In this document: positions 47,203-59,059 of the stretch, one piece after another
How positions within the stretch are numbered: position 1 is the first letter of the stretch
Layout of the letters: every line of letters starts with the position of its first letter
NCBI GenBank assembly: GCA_963785235.1
Contig: CAWAUM010000001.1
Coordinates: forward strand, 128,001 to 192,000
Direction: 5' to 3'
DNA length: 64,000 nt
Source of the DNA: an uncultured delta proteobacterium
Lineage (GTDB): Bacteria; Desulfobacterota; Desulfomonilia; UBA1062
Translations under genes and position numbers: made by a program
The notes under the pieces: model-generated
Told to the model about the DNA's origin: nothing
What the model saw: the letters and a program-made list of their open reading frames with translations, nothing else
The model's database searches: none

Positions 47203-47832
47203 ATGAAATTTCTGATAAAAAAATTATTCAGGCGCACATATGATGATTCCAAGGATAAGGTTGTAGTTATTTCTAACAAATGTATTTCCGTAGGGTGCTT
47301 TACGTATGGATACGATGAGATTCAAATTCTCTCTTGGGGAGAAGAAACAACTATCACAATCGGTCGATTCTGCAGTATTTCAAGTGGACTGAAATTATTC
47401 TGCGGAGGCAATCACCGTACAGACTGGATCACCACATTCCCCTTTGGTCATGTTTACGGATCATTACTGAAAATAAGGCCGGTGAAAGGTCACCCATTCA
47501 GCAATGGAGATATCCGCATAGGCAACGATGTGTGGATAGGCAGAGATGTAACCATTCTCAGTGGGATAACAGTCGGGGATGGTGCAGTTATTGCCGCTAA
47601 TTCTCATGTTGTTTCCAATGTTGATCCTTACACGGTTGTGGGTGGGAACCCGGCAAATAAGATTATACAAAGATTTTCTGATGAAGTCATTCGTCGTTTA
47701 CTCATAATCAAATGGTGGAATCATCCAATAGAGGTCATAGAACACATTGTTCCATTCCTGTGCGATCAGCACGGTGAAGGCATCTCCAATAACCTGGACC
47801 GTATTGAGCAAATTCTTAATACAAGTCCTTAG
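47203..47832 (+). CDS. CatB/Vat-related hexapeptide O-acetyltransferase
   Basis: IGRFCSI, IGNDVWIG, VGGNPA, KWW. Confidence 0.88.
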   Translation: MKFLIKKLFRRTYDDSKDKVVVISNKCISVGCFTYGYDEIQILSWGEETTITIGRFCSISSGLKLFCGGNHRTDWITTFPFGHVYGSLLKIRPVKGHPFSNGDIRIGNDVWIGRDVTILSGITVGDGAVIAANSHVVSNVDPYTVVGGNPANKIIQRFSDEVIRRLLIIKWWNHPIEVIEHIVPFLCDQHGEGISNNLDRIEQILNTSP

Positions 47833-47836
47833 CGGG

Positions 47837-49003
47837 ATGGACATGTTCATTGCGCGAGAATTGATTGTAGGCATTTATTGTTGTTTTACCATAGTGTTTT
47901 TGAATTTTGGCATAAACATATTGCCGGATTATCAAATGACAATAGCAGTCGCATACCCGGTTGTTTTTCTTATGCTGTGCAGGCTGAATGTTAAAATGTA
48001 TCGATTAACGCTCTATTTTTCATGCGCACTTTTATTTCCGGTGATAATAGGGATAGTGGGATTTATTTCCGACAACAAGCTTAATTACCTCGAATTCATA
48101 AGGACCTATCTTCTTTACTTTCATTTCTGCTTTAGTTTGCTGATCATCAACAGCATGAAAATAAATCCGAGGATAATGGATGCGCTCGATAGGGCAATTA
48201 AGGCATCTTTAGTTATTGTGGGTATTCTGACCATCATGCAGTTCGCCGGCTTCTTCATTGCGGGTGTGCCGCTATTTTTTAATCCTTTTGGTAAATATAG
48301 TATCGGTGGCATCTATGATCCATACCGTTTTATCAGTATCCATGGCACAGTGAGGCCATCCGCTTTTTATTGGGAACCATCAACCAATGCAGTAGTCATC
48401 CTCATGCTGACAAATTATTTAGTAGTGAGGAATATTAATAAATTCAAAAAGTACTATTCAATGCAACTTGCGTTGCTGCTTTTAATAAATTCCATGACAG
48501 GCCTGCTGGCCTCCGGCATAACCTTTCTCCTCTGGATCAACTCTGTTTTCAAAAAAGATTTATATTTGAAAATCAGTGTCACTGCTTTTTTTTTGTTAGG
48601 GTTAGTCGCTTTGAGCATGGATAGAATACGTGAGCTTTTTATAGCCGGGACAAGCGGACACTTCAGATGGCGTGTGCCGGTTGATTATTTTCTGGATTAT
48701 ATCCAGGCCTTTCCTTTAGGACTGCCTCTCGGGCAACTTGCGTATCCATTGGATAATGGGATATTGGTTGCCATTATCTATACTGGGGTGTTTGGATTAC
48801 TGGTCGGTCTTGTTTTTTTACTCCACTTTTTAAGATTATCAATGCTGAACAGAATCACGGTTGAAACACAGCTGTCTGTTGCCTCGATACTTCTGATGAT
48901 GATTTTTAACGGCGCATTTCTTACACCCGAGATGTCTTTCCTCATGTGTCTGGTGATAGTGGCCTGGAAGAGCGGCAGGCTGATCAAGCCGGTGAAGAAC
49001 TAG
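47837..49003 (+). CDS. polysaccharide polymerase, Wzy/WcaD-like
   Basis: Multi-TM protein with RPSAFYWEPS, GTSGHFR and LDNG motifs reminiscent of WcaD. Confidence 0.7.
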   Translation: MDMFIARELIVGIYCCFTIVFLNFGINILPDYQMTIAVAYPVVFLMLCRLNVKMYRLTLYFSCALLFPVIIGIVGFISDNKLNYLEFIRTYLLYFHFCFSLLIINSMKINPRIMDALDRAIKASLVIVGILTIMQFAGFFIAGVPLFFNPFGKYSIGGIYDPYRFISIHGTVRPSAFYWEPSTNAVVILMLTNYLVVRNINKFKKYYSMQLALLLLINSMTGLLASGITFLLWINSVFKKDLYLKISVTAFFLLGLVALSMDRIRELFIAGTSGHFRWRVPVDYFLDYIQAFPLGLPLGQLAYPLDNGILVAIIYTGVFGLLVGLVFLLHFLRLSMLNRITVETQLSVASILLMMIFNGAFLTPEMSFLMCLVIVAWKSGRLIKPVKN

Positions 49004-49031
49004 TCCTGCATCTTTAGGATGCATACCCAGA

Positions 49032-49850
49032 ATGAACAACATAGCTGATAAGATACCATTTTTCTCAATCATAACTGTTGTATGTAATGATAGTGAAGGT
49101 CTGAAAAAAACTGCAGAAAGTGTTATTGCGCAGAATTGTAAAGATTATGAGTGGATTGTCATTGATGGAGGCTCAACAGACGGTTGCCTCTCGTTTCTCC
49201 AATGTTTAAAGATTTCCACCCTCCAATGGATCAGTGAACCGGATCATGGCATCTATGAGGCGATGAATAAAGGGATACATCGCGCCAGAGGTTCTTATGT
49301 GGTCTTTCTGAATGCAGGTGATTATTTCCCGGACCATACCATTTTAGGATCTGTGAAGGACAGATTGATGAACGCTGCTCAATGCGCTGATGTCTTGTTC
49401 GGTGGTGCCATGCTCATACTGCCAAGCGGCAGGTCAATTTATCGTGCTCCAAAAGTATTATCCACCTATATATGGCATGGCTTGCCCGGGATTCATCAGG
49501 CGACATACTACAGGAATAAAGTTCTAGAGCTTGCAGGTTATGACGAGAGCTATAAGATTACCGGCGATTATTACCTGATAGCGAAACTGTATACTTTAGG
49601 CATAACATCGATTGTATTCAATAAATCCCTGGTACATTTTCGGGTTGGGGACACCTCATACCAAAAACCATTCTCTCTCATCATGGAATCCCATAGAGTT
49701 CAAAGAGATGTTCTAAAATTAGGTCCGGGGAAGAGGCTTCTGAGTGTTTGTAGAAAGGTCTTGGCATGGACAGCATTATTTTTGCTTGTGCAGGATCTGA
49801 TCCCCGATAGTGTTATCAGATTGAGCTCAATAAAAATATCGAGTGACTGA
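49032..49850 (+). CDS. GT2 glycosyltransferase (WcaE-like)
   Basis: FSIITV, IDGGSTDG, GIYEAMNKG, FLNAGD, HQA. Confidence 0.9.
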   Translation: MNNIADKIPFFSIITVVCNDSEGLKKTAESVIAQNCKDYEWIVIDGGSTDGCLSFLQCLKISTLQWISEPDHGIYEAMNKGIHRARGSYVVFLNAGDYFPDHTILGSVKDRLMNAAQCADVLFGGAMLILPSGRSIYRAPKVLSTYIWHGLPGIHQATYYRNKVLELAGYDESYKITGDYYLIAKLYTLGITSIVFNKSLVHFRVGDTSYQKPFSLIMESHRVQRDVLKLGPGKRLLSVCRKVLAWTALFLLVQDLIPDSVIRLSSIKISSD

Positions 49851-49899
49851 GAATGGATTAAAAAACTAATTCAACGAGCAATCATCAAAGGGTTTCTCC

Positions 49900-50694
49900 A
49901 TGGAACAAACACCAAACATTTTAATCCTGATCTTGAGTACCCAGGATCATCGTTACAATGATTTTATTCGGGCATGTAACAGTACCTGGGTCCAGCGCGC
50001 CGGGAGTCGATCCATACGCTGTCTGTTTTATCAAGGTGGTGCATCCGGAGATCATCTGGTGAATAACACGCTCCACTTGTCAACTGATGATTCCCTTTCT
50101 GGGACTGCACGAAAATTATTGAAGGCATTCGAATTTATTGAACACGAAGGTTTCGATTACGATTATATTTTCCGGACCAACCTGTCTTCGTATGTGTATG
50201 TGGAAAATTTAGTGAGTTTCGTTAGGCAGCATGAAGATGATAATCTTTATGCCGGTCTGATAGGTTCCTATAATTCTTTATTCAGTTTCACGAACAGGTT
50301 CGATTTCCTCAGGAGGGTATTCATGATACCCTTCAGAAAATACACTCTGAAATTCGCATCGGGATCCGGTTTTCTCATCAGTTCTGGAAATGTCAGAAAA
50401 GTTCTGGCAGATACCCGCAAAAATTTGAAATTAATGGATGATGTGATGATCGGTGATTGTTTATCACACCATGGGGTTCCCATAATCCCGGCACCACGGA
50501 TTGATATGAACGACGATTACGTCACCTATTCAAAAGACATCATAGCGTGCCCTGATCTTATCAGGACATGTCACCATGTGCGTCTCAAGTCCAAAGACAG
50601 GTCGGTCGATGTCGATCGATTCTTTTTTTTGGATAAATATGAGAGTTATCCGGTAAATGGTGTCGGAAAGCGAGAAGCTGATATTTTGTCGTAA
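49900..50694 (+). CDS. putative glycosyltransferase (GT31/fringe-like)
   Basis: YDYIFRTNLSSYV, LYAG, FASGSGFLIS, DDVMIG. Confidence 0.6.
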   Translation: MEQTPNILILILSTQDHRYNDFIRACNSTWVQRAGSRSIRCLFYQGGASGDHLVNNTLHLSTDDSLSGTARKLLKAFEFIEHEGFDYDYIFRTNLSSYVYVENLVSFVRQHEDDNLYAGLIGSYNSLFSFTNRFDFLRRVFMIPFRKYTLKFASGSGFLISSGNVRKVLADTRKNLKLMDDVMIGDCLSHHGVPIIPAPRIDMNDDYVTYSKDIIACPDLIRTCHHVRLKSKDRSVDVDRFFFLDKYESYPVNGVGKREADILS

Positions 50695-50711
50695 CGGCTT
50701 CACTATACTGC

Positions 50712-51467
50712 ATGAAGGTATCTATTATCACGGTCGTTCTCAATAATGAGGCTTACATAGAAGAGTGCATCAAGAGCGTTGTAAGACAAGGGTATGATGA
50801 TATTGAATACATTGTAGTCGATGGCGGTTCGAGTGATGGAACCATTGACCTTATCAGGGCATATGAAAAAAATATTTCACAGTGGATAAGCGGGCCGGAT
50901 GGCGGAATATTCGATGCAATGAACAAGGGGATCCAGATGGCAACCGGGGAGGTTGTTGGAATCTTGAATTCGGATGATTTCTATCCGGACGCTGATGTCA
51001 TTGACCTGGTCACACGGGAATTTCAATCCAAGGGCGTAGACTCTGTTTTTGCCGACCTGGTGTATGTGAAGAGAGACAATCCGGATGAAGTTGTACGCTA
51101 TTATCGATCCTCGAATTTTCAACCGGAAAGATTTGCCTTTGGCTGGATGCCGGCACACCCCACCTTTTTCGTGAGAAGGGACTGTTATGAACAGTATGGG
51201 TTATTTAAAACCGATTACAAGATAGCGGCTGATTATGAACTTCTAGTGAGATTCCTTTCTCAACACAAAATATCATTCAGCTACATTCCGCGGGTCATTA
51301 TCAATATGAGAACAGGAGGCATCAGTACGAAGAATATCAAGAGCAACTGGGTATTGAATAACGAGATAATTCGTGCTTGCCGGGAAAACGGGATTGAAAC
51401 AAATTTACTGAAAGTCTATTCGAAATACCTTGTTAAGGGATTTCAGCTATTACATCGACCTCAATGA
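50712..51467 (+). CDS. GT2 glycosyltransferase
   Basis: KVSIITV, DGGSSDGT, GIFDAMNKG, LNSDD, HPTFF, ADYE. Confidence 0.92.
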   Translation: MKVSIITVVLNNEAYIEECIKSVVRQGYDDIEYIVVDGGSSDGTIDLIRAYEKNISQWISGPDGGIFDAMNKGIQMATGEVVGILNSDDFYPDADVIDLVTREFQSKGVDSVFADLVYVKRDNPDEVVRYYRSSNFQPERFAFGWMPAHPTFFVRRDCYEQYGLFKTDYKIAADYELLVRFLSQHKISFSYIPRVIINMRTGGISTKNIKSNWVLNNEIIRACRENGIETNLLKVYSKYLVKGFQLLHRPQ

Positions 51468-52444
51468 AGGTTCTTCTAACAGGCGCCACCGGAGCCGTAG
51501 GGCCGGTTGTAGTAAAAGCCTTTCTTGGTGCGGGTTATCAAATCCGCACAGTATCAATTGATCCCCCCTCACGTGGGCTTTGGCCTGATGATGTTGAAAC
51601 ACGCATTGGTGATGTAACTGATGTGTCAGCTGTGCAGGGAGCGATGGAAGGGATTGAATCGGTTGTGCATTTGGCGTCGCTTCTGCACATAGTTCACCCC
51701 GTGCCCGAGCTGCGTGAAAAATATGAACAGATCAATGTTGGCGGTACAGCGACAGTAGTTGATGCTGCGATGAAGGCGGGGGTCAAGCGCGTTGTTCTGT
51801 TCAGCACGATTGCGGTGTATGGACCTTCGGATGGTTGCATTCTCAATGAAATGTCGCCGACTCATCCTGAGACCTTTTATGCCCAGACCAAACATGCTGC
51901 CGAACAGATTGTCCTGAATGCCAAGGGCGCCGAAGGTCAACCTTTGGGTACCGTATTGCGTCTGGGTGCGGTTTATGGTTCCCGCATCAAAGGAAACTAT
52001 GAACGGCTGACGTACGCCTTGGCACGCAACCGATTTATCCCCATCGGAAGTGGTCTCAATCGGCGGACCCTGGTTTATGATAGGGATGTCGGTCGTGCGG
52101 CTGTACTCGCTGTTTCTCATTCCTTGGCGGCAGGTCGGGTATTCAATGTAACGGATGGTTCGTTTCATACCTTGAATGAGATTATTGAATCCATTTGCTC
52201 TGCCCTTGGTCGCAAGCCACCCCGGTTGTCATTGCCTGTGGGTCCTACGCGTTCATTGGTTGGCTTTGTTGAAAAGGGATGCCGGGTCATGGGCGTAACA
52301 CCTCCCATAACACAGGAGACGATAGACAAGTACACTGAAGACATTGCCGTTGACGGAAGTCTCATTCAGAAAGAACTCGGGTTTGTGCCTCACTATGATC
52401 TTAAGTCAGGCTGGAAAGAGACGATCCGGGAAATGCAGATATGA
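51464..52444 (+). CDS. NAD-dependent epimerase/dehydratase
   Basis: TGATGAVG; YAQTK (YxxxK). Confidence 0.9.
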   Translation: MKVLLTGATGAVGPVVVKAFLGAGYQIRTVSIDPPSRGLWPDDVETRIGDVTDVSAVQGAMEGIESVVHLASLLHIVHPVPELREKYEQINVGGTATVVDAAMKAGVKRVVLFSTIAVYGPSDGCILNEMSPTHPETFYAQTKHAAEQIVLNAKGAEGQPLGTVLRLGAVYGSRIKGNYERLTYALARNRFIPIGSGLNRRTLVYDRDVGRAAVLAVSHSLAAGRVFNVTDGSFHTLNEIIESICSALGRKPPRLSLPVGPTRSLVGFVEKGCRVMGVTPPITQETIDKYTEDIAVDGSLIQKELGFVPHYDLKSGWKETIREMQI

Positions 52445-53001
52445 AAAGGGCATTAGATGTATTTTTTTCTCTTTGTTTGATGCCGGTCCTGGTGATCCCC
52501 GCAGCGGTTATTGCCGTGCTGGTCAAGGTTACGTCCAAAGGACCCGTGTTGTACTGGTCTGAGCGTATTGGTGTGAACAATACGGTTTTCAAGATGCCCA
52601 AGTTCAGAACCATGAATCTAGATACCCCCCCTGTTGCCACCCATCTCCTGGAAAACCCGGAAAAATACCTTACCTCCATCGGCCCTTTCCTGCGAAAGCT
52701 GAGCCTGGATGAACTCCCGCAGCTCTGGAGCGTTTTCAGGGGCGACATGAGCTTTGTCGGGCCGCGGCCGGCCCTGTTCAACCAATATGATCTCATTGAA
52801 TTACGGACACACAAAGGCATTCATACCCTTATGCCCGGCATCACCGGCTGGGCACAGGTTAATGGGAGGGATGATCTTCCCATACCCTTAAAGGTTGAGT
52901 ACGATGAGTTTTATTTACAAAATAAATCCTTCATGCTTGATCTTAAGATTTTGTTCATGACCCTTCAAAAGGTTTTGCACAGAGAAGGCGTGACACATTG
53001 A
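52441..53001 (+). CDS. initiating phosphoglycosyl transferase (small bacterial sugar transferase)
   Basis: KRALD, KFRTM, SLDELPQL, MSFVGPRP, PGITGWAQVNGR. Confidence 0.93.
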   Translation: MKRALDVFFSLCLMPVLVIPAAVIAVLVKVTSKGPVLYWSERIGVNNTVFKMPKFRTMNLDTPPVATHLLENPEKYLTSIGPFLRKLSLDELPQLWSVFRGDMSFVGPRPALFNQYDLIELRTHKGIHTLMPGITGWAQVNGRDDLPIPLKVEYDEFYLQNKSFMLDLKILFMTLQKVLHREGVTH

Positions 53002-53057
53002 TGGAAGCACTAGATGCAGTGTATTAATCAATAGAATCAAAAGAGGAGGTTTTTTTC

Positions 53058-54699
53058 ATGGAATATTCAATCAGCCCTGATGGCAGGAAATACCCGCTGC
53101 CCGGAAAGAACGATTACCAGGTCGAGTTCACCCGTCTGAAAAAGCTCGCTGCCGCACAGCGGAAAAAGGGCAACGAGATCGTCGTGGTTATGGGCCTGGG
53201 TTTTGTGGGCGCCGTCATGGCCGCCGTGGTGGCTGACAGCACGGACAGAAAAACCGGAAAGTCCAAAAAGTTTGTCATCGGCATGCAGCGCCCCAGCCCG
53301 CGCAGCTACTGGAAGACACCCATGCTGAACTCCGGTGTCTCCCCGGTGAAGGCCGAAGACCCTGAGGTGGATATCCTCATCAAGCGCTGTGTTCTTGAAA
53401 GGAAGAACCTCATTGCCACCTACACCTACGATGCGCTCACCCTGGCCGATGTGGTGGTGGTGGATGTCCAGTGCGATTTTCTCAAGGCCGAGCTCGGCAA
53501 CTGCACCTCCGGCAGGGCAGAGATCGCTGCACTGGAAGAGTCCATAAAGATCATTGCCGGGAAGATCCCGCCCGAGTGCCTGGTGCTTATCGAAACCACG
53601 GTGCCGCCCGGCACCACGGAATACATCGCCTACCCGGCCATAAAGAAGGCCTTTACCGAGCGCGGCATTCAAACCGAGCCGCTCATTGCCCACAGCTATG
53701 AGCGGGTGATGCCCGGGAAAAGACTATGTAAAGTCCATCCGCGATTTCTGGCGCGTGTGCAGCGGCATCAATGATGAAAGCAGAACAAAAGTGGTGCGGT
53801 TCCTTTCCGATGTGCTCAATGTTGAAAAGTTTCCGCTCACCGTCCTTGACAGGCCCATCGAGAGCGAGACCTCCAAGATCGTTGAGAACAGCTACCGTGC
53901 CACCATCCTGGCCTTCCTCGATGAGTGGAGCAACTTCTGCGAGAAGAACGGGGTGGACCTCATCAAGGTCATCAAGGCCATCAAGGTGCGCCCGACCCAC
54001 AGCAACATGATCTTTCCCGGCCCGGGTATCGGCGGTTACTGTCTGCCCAAGGATGGCGGCCTGGGCGTCTGGGCCTACCGCCACCTCATGGGTTTCGAGG
54101 ACGAAAATTTCAGGATCACCCCTGATGCCATCAACATCAACGACACAAGGGCGCTGCGTGCCGTGCACCTCGTGCGTGATGCCTTGCGCAACATGGGCAA
54201 GATCGTTGCCGCGTCCACCATAACCATACTCGGGGCCTCATACCGGGAAGATGTGGGTGATACGCGCTACAGCGGCTCCGAACTCATTGTGAGAAAGGTC
54301 GTGGAGATGGGCGGCAACATCCGCGTGCACGACCCCTATGTGGAGCACTGGTGGGAATTCGAATCACAGGATACCTATCCCAGTGTCGGCTCGAGCTGGG
54401 CGCGTTTCTTCAGAAACCAGGAAATCCTCAAGGACCTCAGGGTGAGCAAAAACCTCAAATCCACCCTGAAAGGCTCCGATGCAGTGGTGCTGGCCGTGCG
54501 GCACAAGGACTACCTGACCCTGAAACCCGAAGCAGTGGTAAAGATGATCGGGGCACCTGCAGCCATCATCGACTGCTTCGGAATACTCGACGATGCAATG
54601 ATCAGGAAGTATTTTGAACTGGGGTGCGAGGTCAAGGGCCTCGGCAGGGGCCATATCCAGAGAATCAAAGAGGATGTGCGTTCCAAGACAAGGGATTGA
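53058..54699 (+). CDS. UDP-glucose/GDP-mannose dehydrogenase family protein (frameshift in A-run 53718-53721)
   Basis: GLGFVG, ETTVPPGTT, ERVMPG; then KIVENSYR, PGPGIGGYCLPKD. Confidence 0.88.
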
Positions 54700-54767
54700 G
54701 CCATTTTCATAAACAATTATTTTGTTATGCAAAGCTCTCGGTTCAAGATAACCAGGAGGGGATATCT

Positions 54768-56940
54768 ATGATCATGGATATAAAAAAGATAGTGCTGGGA
54801 TTGAGTGTAATGCTGATTCTTTCTGTGCTGGGTGCTTCTGTCGCTGCTGCCCAGAATGTCCAGGTGATCCCCATATCCCCTTCTCTGAATCCGCTGAGCC
54901 CCTCGCCGCTCACCCTGCCGCAGCAGCAGGCCATCATCCAGCCCAAGGCCGACCAGCCTGCGCCGCAGAACCTGCAGGCCCCCTTGGAAGAGAAGACATC
55001 CGAATTCGAGCAGTATGTCTCAGGCACCATGTCCCCGTCGGTGAGCACCAGCATAAAACAGTTCGGGTATGACCTGTTCAGCCGGTCGCCTTCCAGCTTC
55101 GCCCCGGCCGAAGACGTGCCCGTGGGCCCTGATTATGTCATCGGACCGGGTGACGAGATCAAGGTGTCCATCTGGGGGAGCATCGAGGGCCAGTGGACCA
55201 GCGTGGTGGACCGGGACGGCACCATCAGCCTCCCCAAGCTCGGTCAGCTGGGCGTTACCGGCCTTACCTTCAGCCAGCTGAAGATTGTACTCAATAAGGA
55301 GCTGTCGAGGTATTACACGGGCTTTGAGATGAATGTCAGCATGGGCTCGCTCAGGACCATCCGGGTGTATGTGGTGGGCAATGCCAACAGGCCCGGGTCA
55401 TACACCATATCCTCCCTGTCCACGCTCCTGAACGCCCTGTTCCAGGTGGGAGGCCCAAGCAAGACCGGAACCATGAGGGACATCCGCGTGGAGAGGAACG
55501 GCAGCACCGTGACCCACTTCGACCTGTACGACCTGCTGCTTAAGGGCGACAAGACAAAGGATATCCGGCTCATGCCCGAAGACGTGATCTTCATCCCGCC
55601 CGTGGGGTCCCTGGTGGGCATTGCAGGCAGCGTACATACCCCTGCCATCTATGAGCTCAAGGGCGAGAACAGGATATCCCAGCTCGTGGGCATGGCCGGT
55701 GGGTTGAGCGCGGTGGCCTTCAAGGGCAGGGTGCAGATCGAAAGGATTGTGGAAAACAGGGCCCAGGTGGTCTTTGAATCGGACCTGGAGTCCATGGCGA
55801 ATAATGCCCTCGCCCTTCAATCAGGAGATCTGCTCAAGGTCTTTCAGGTCGTGCAGGACAGAAAGATAGTGAGGCTCACCGGCGCCGTGAACCGGGGCGG
55901 CGAATATGGGTTCACCGCGGGAATGACCGTGAAAGAACTCATATCCATGGCCGGCGGGCTCAAGTATTATGCCTATGACAAAGAGGCCGAGTTGACCAGG
56001 GTTACCGTGACCGGCAGCGGACCCAAAACCGAAAAGATCATCATCAACCTTGAAAAGGCCATCAGCGGTGATGTTAACAGCAACATCGGCCTGAAAGAGG
56101 ATGATTATCTCTTTGTCCGCGCCGTTCCGGAATGGCGTTTATACAGAACCGCCTCCATAACGGGCGAGGTCAGATTCCCCGGGACGTTTACCATTGTGAA
56201 GGGTGAGCGGCTCTCTTCCCTCATTGAAAGGGCAGGGGGTTATGTCGACGGTGCATACCTGCGCGGCGCTGTGTTTCAAAGGGAGCAGGTAAGGGATGTG
56301 CAGCAGAAGGGCCTCGATGAGATGGTTGCCAGGCTGGAGAGGGAACTGCTTGCAGGGGTTTCGGCCCAGGCATCTACTGCCGTCTCTGCTGAAGAGATCC
56401 AGGCGAAAAAGGTCGAGCTGGAATCCAAGCAGGCATTCCTCGAGGCATTGAAAAGGCAGAAGGCATCAGGGAGGATCGACCATCAGGCTGGCACACCTGA
56501 GGCTTTTGAAGGGCAGCGAATATGACCTTGAGCTGGAGAATGGCGACAGCCTGTATATCCCCACCATGAACAGCTCGGTGAGTGTCATGGGTTCCGTCAT
56601 GTCCCTGGGCAGCTATATCTACTCGGAGAAGTATAACTACAGGGATTACATCGACATGTCAGGCGGATATACCAGGTATGCGGATTCGGACAATGTCTAT
56701 GTCCTGAAGGTGGACGGCTCTGCCAGGAAATTCTCGAATGGGGTATTCAGCTGGAGCAATTCCCGGTCGCGATGGGAGATGTCCGCCTTCGGTGGTGAGG
56801 TAAAAGAGATAGAGCCGGGAGACACCATCATTGTCCCGGAGCAGCTTTCGCAGATAGCGTGGCTGCGTGAGGTCAAGGACATCACCCAGATCCTCATGCA
56901 GATGGCCGTGATTGCGGGCGTGGTTGTGAACCTGTTCTGA
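54768..56940 (+). CDS. polysaccharide export protein with Poly_export and multiple SLBB domains (frameshift near 56477)
   Basis: Signal peptide, FGYDLF, DYVIGPGD, repeated G.V..PG.Y...L...AGG units; C-terminal EPGDTIIVP in a shifted frame. Confidence 0.88.
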
Positions 56941-56945
56941 TCGTC

Positions 56946-59018
56946 ATGACGGTGCAGGGATGCTTCGTGGTTGCCGTCTCATTTCTCCTTATATCTTCGC
57001 TCTGTTCTGCCGCAGACGAACCCTTCACCTTTTCTTCCAGCTGGGGCGGCACCGGTCTTATGGAGATTCCCACGGCACGGGTCATGAGAGAGAACAGCTG
57101 GCGTTTCGGCATCAGCCAGGTGCATCCGGCGCGGACCTATTACGGTGTCATCAGCCCGTTCAAAGGCCTGGAGATCGACGGCAGGGTAACGGAGATTCTG
57201 GGCACGAGTGACGAGGTGGAAAAGGATACGTTCGAGGGGTATGGCAACAACAAGGACAAGTCGGCCGACCTCAAGTTCCAGTTCATCCCCGAGGGCAAGT
57301 ATGTCCCTGCCCTTGCCGTGGGCATTATGGACCCGTCGGGCACCAGGCTTCTGGCATCGCAGTATATCGTGGCGAGCAAGCAGATCTTTCCCTTTGATTT
57401 TACGCTGGGCCTGGGCAACGGCAGGTTCGGGGACAGGCCGTTGCTCCCCTCGGGCAAAGGTGTCGAGATGGAGCTGTTCTCCGATCCAAAGCAGTGGTGG
57501 GAAGATGCCCGGGTCTTCGCAGGGCTCCAGTTCGCACCCTCGGACAAGTATGCCCTTATGGTCGAATACAACGCCATCCAGTTCCACAAAATGAGCCTGT
57601 ACGACGTTGAAGATACTGAGAAATATTTTGATGAACCGGTCCCATGGAAGGTGAATGTCGGTCTGAGGTGGAAACCCCTGAAGTGGACGCAGATCGACCT
57701 CAGCTATCAGAGGGGGGAACAGTTCGGCGTCAATGTGGCCCTGGACTTCGATATGGGCAAACCCATCATCCCCATATACGACTCGCCCTATCGGGAAGAG
57801 CAACCCATGAGGGTGTCCCCCCTTGAAGAAAGGCTGATAACCGCCCTGTACCACTCCGGATTCTCGGATATCGGCGTTTTTCTGGATGGCGGCAGCCTGT
57901 GGATAGATGCCCGCAACGAGCGCTATTACTACAGCACAAAGGCAATCTCGGTCATCATGGGCCTGGTCCAGGAGATCACTCCGGAAACACTTCAGGATGT
58001 CTCCATCACCCTCACCGAAAACAGGATTCCTGTGATGCGGTTCACGGCAACCAGGTCGGATATTGACCAGTGGCATGCAGAGAAGCTCACTGCCCGGGAG
58101 CTCCTGTACCTTTCCCGTCTGGATACCGGCATAGCAAGCACGCCGGACATGCAAAGGAGCCAGACCAAGCTGGTGCAATACGGCTTCAGGCCCGTGATCG
58201 AAACCTTCCTGAACGACCCGTCCGGATTTTTCAAGGCACGCCTCGGCCTGGAGGTGTGGTCGAGTTACCACCCGTGGAAAGGCGCGTCTTTTGTGGCAGC
58301 CCTGGAAGGCTACCCCTTCAACAACATCTCCACCGTGAACGAGCCGCTCTCCATACCTGTCAGGAGCGACATCGCCCTGTACAAGGAGCAGAACGTGGCC
58401 CTGGGAAGGCTCATGTTCGACCAGATAGTGAAAACCTCCCATGAGGTGCATGCACGGATCTCCGGAGGAATCCTGGAGATCCAGTATGCAGGGCTCGACG
58501 GTGAAATGGCCATGCCCATGCTGGATGGCAGGATCATGACGGGCTTCAGCGGCAGCGCGGTGAAGAAGAGGGACCCCGACAACCCGCTGAAGCTCAAGGA
58601 AGATGATGAGAAGGATCTGTACACAACTGCCTTCTGGAATACGCGCGTGAACTTCCCGGAACAGGAGATCTCCTTTGAGGTGAAGGCGGGCCGCTTCCTG
58701 GCAGGCGACCTGGGCGCAAGGTTCACGGTTTCAAAGTTCATCAACGGCGTCATAGTCTCTGCCTGGTACGGCATAACCGACACATCGAAATTCACGGATG
58801 AATATAACAGGGGTTACGAGGACAGCGGACTTCTGGTGACCATCCCGTTGAGGCTCTTCAAGGGTGAGGATTCAAGGACCTCGTACTGGTATTCGCTGTC
58901 GCCGTGGACGCGGGATGTGGCGCAGGATATCAGCCACTATAACAATTTGTTTGATTTCATGGGGAGGAATACGGGAGTGGGGTTCCGGAGAGATGCGGGA
59001 GAGATGGGCTTGCCCTGA
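56946..59018 (+). other. YjbH/GfcD-family outer-membrane protein
   Basis: GGTGLMEIPTAR, QYIVASK, DFTLGLG.G, GRFLAGDLG, PWTRDVAQ. Confidence 0.85.
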
Positions 59019-59059
59019 GCGGGTGTGTAAAAAGGAATGTTCAATAACTTTATGAGATA

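Noticed and set aside
47203-47832. Antibiotic acetyltransferase (catB/vat)
   Set aside because: It is embedded in a glycan cluster, where this fold commonly O-acetylates sugars.
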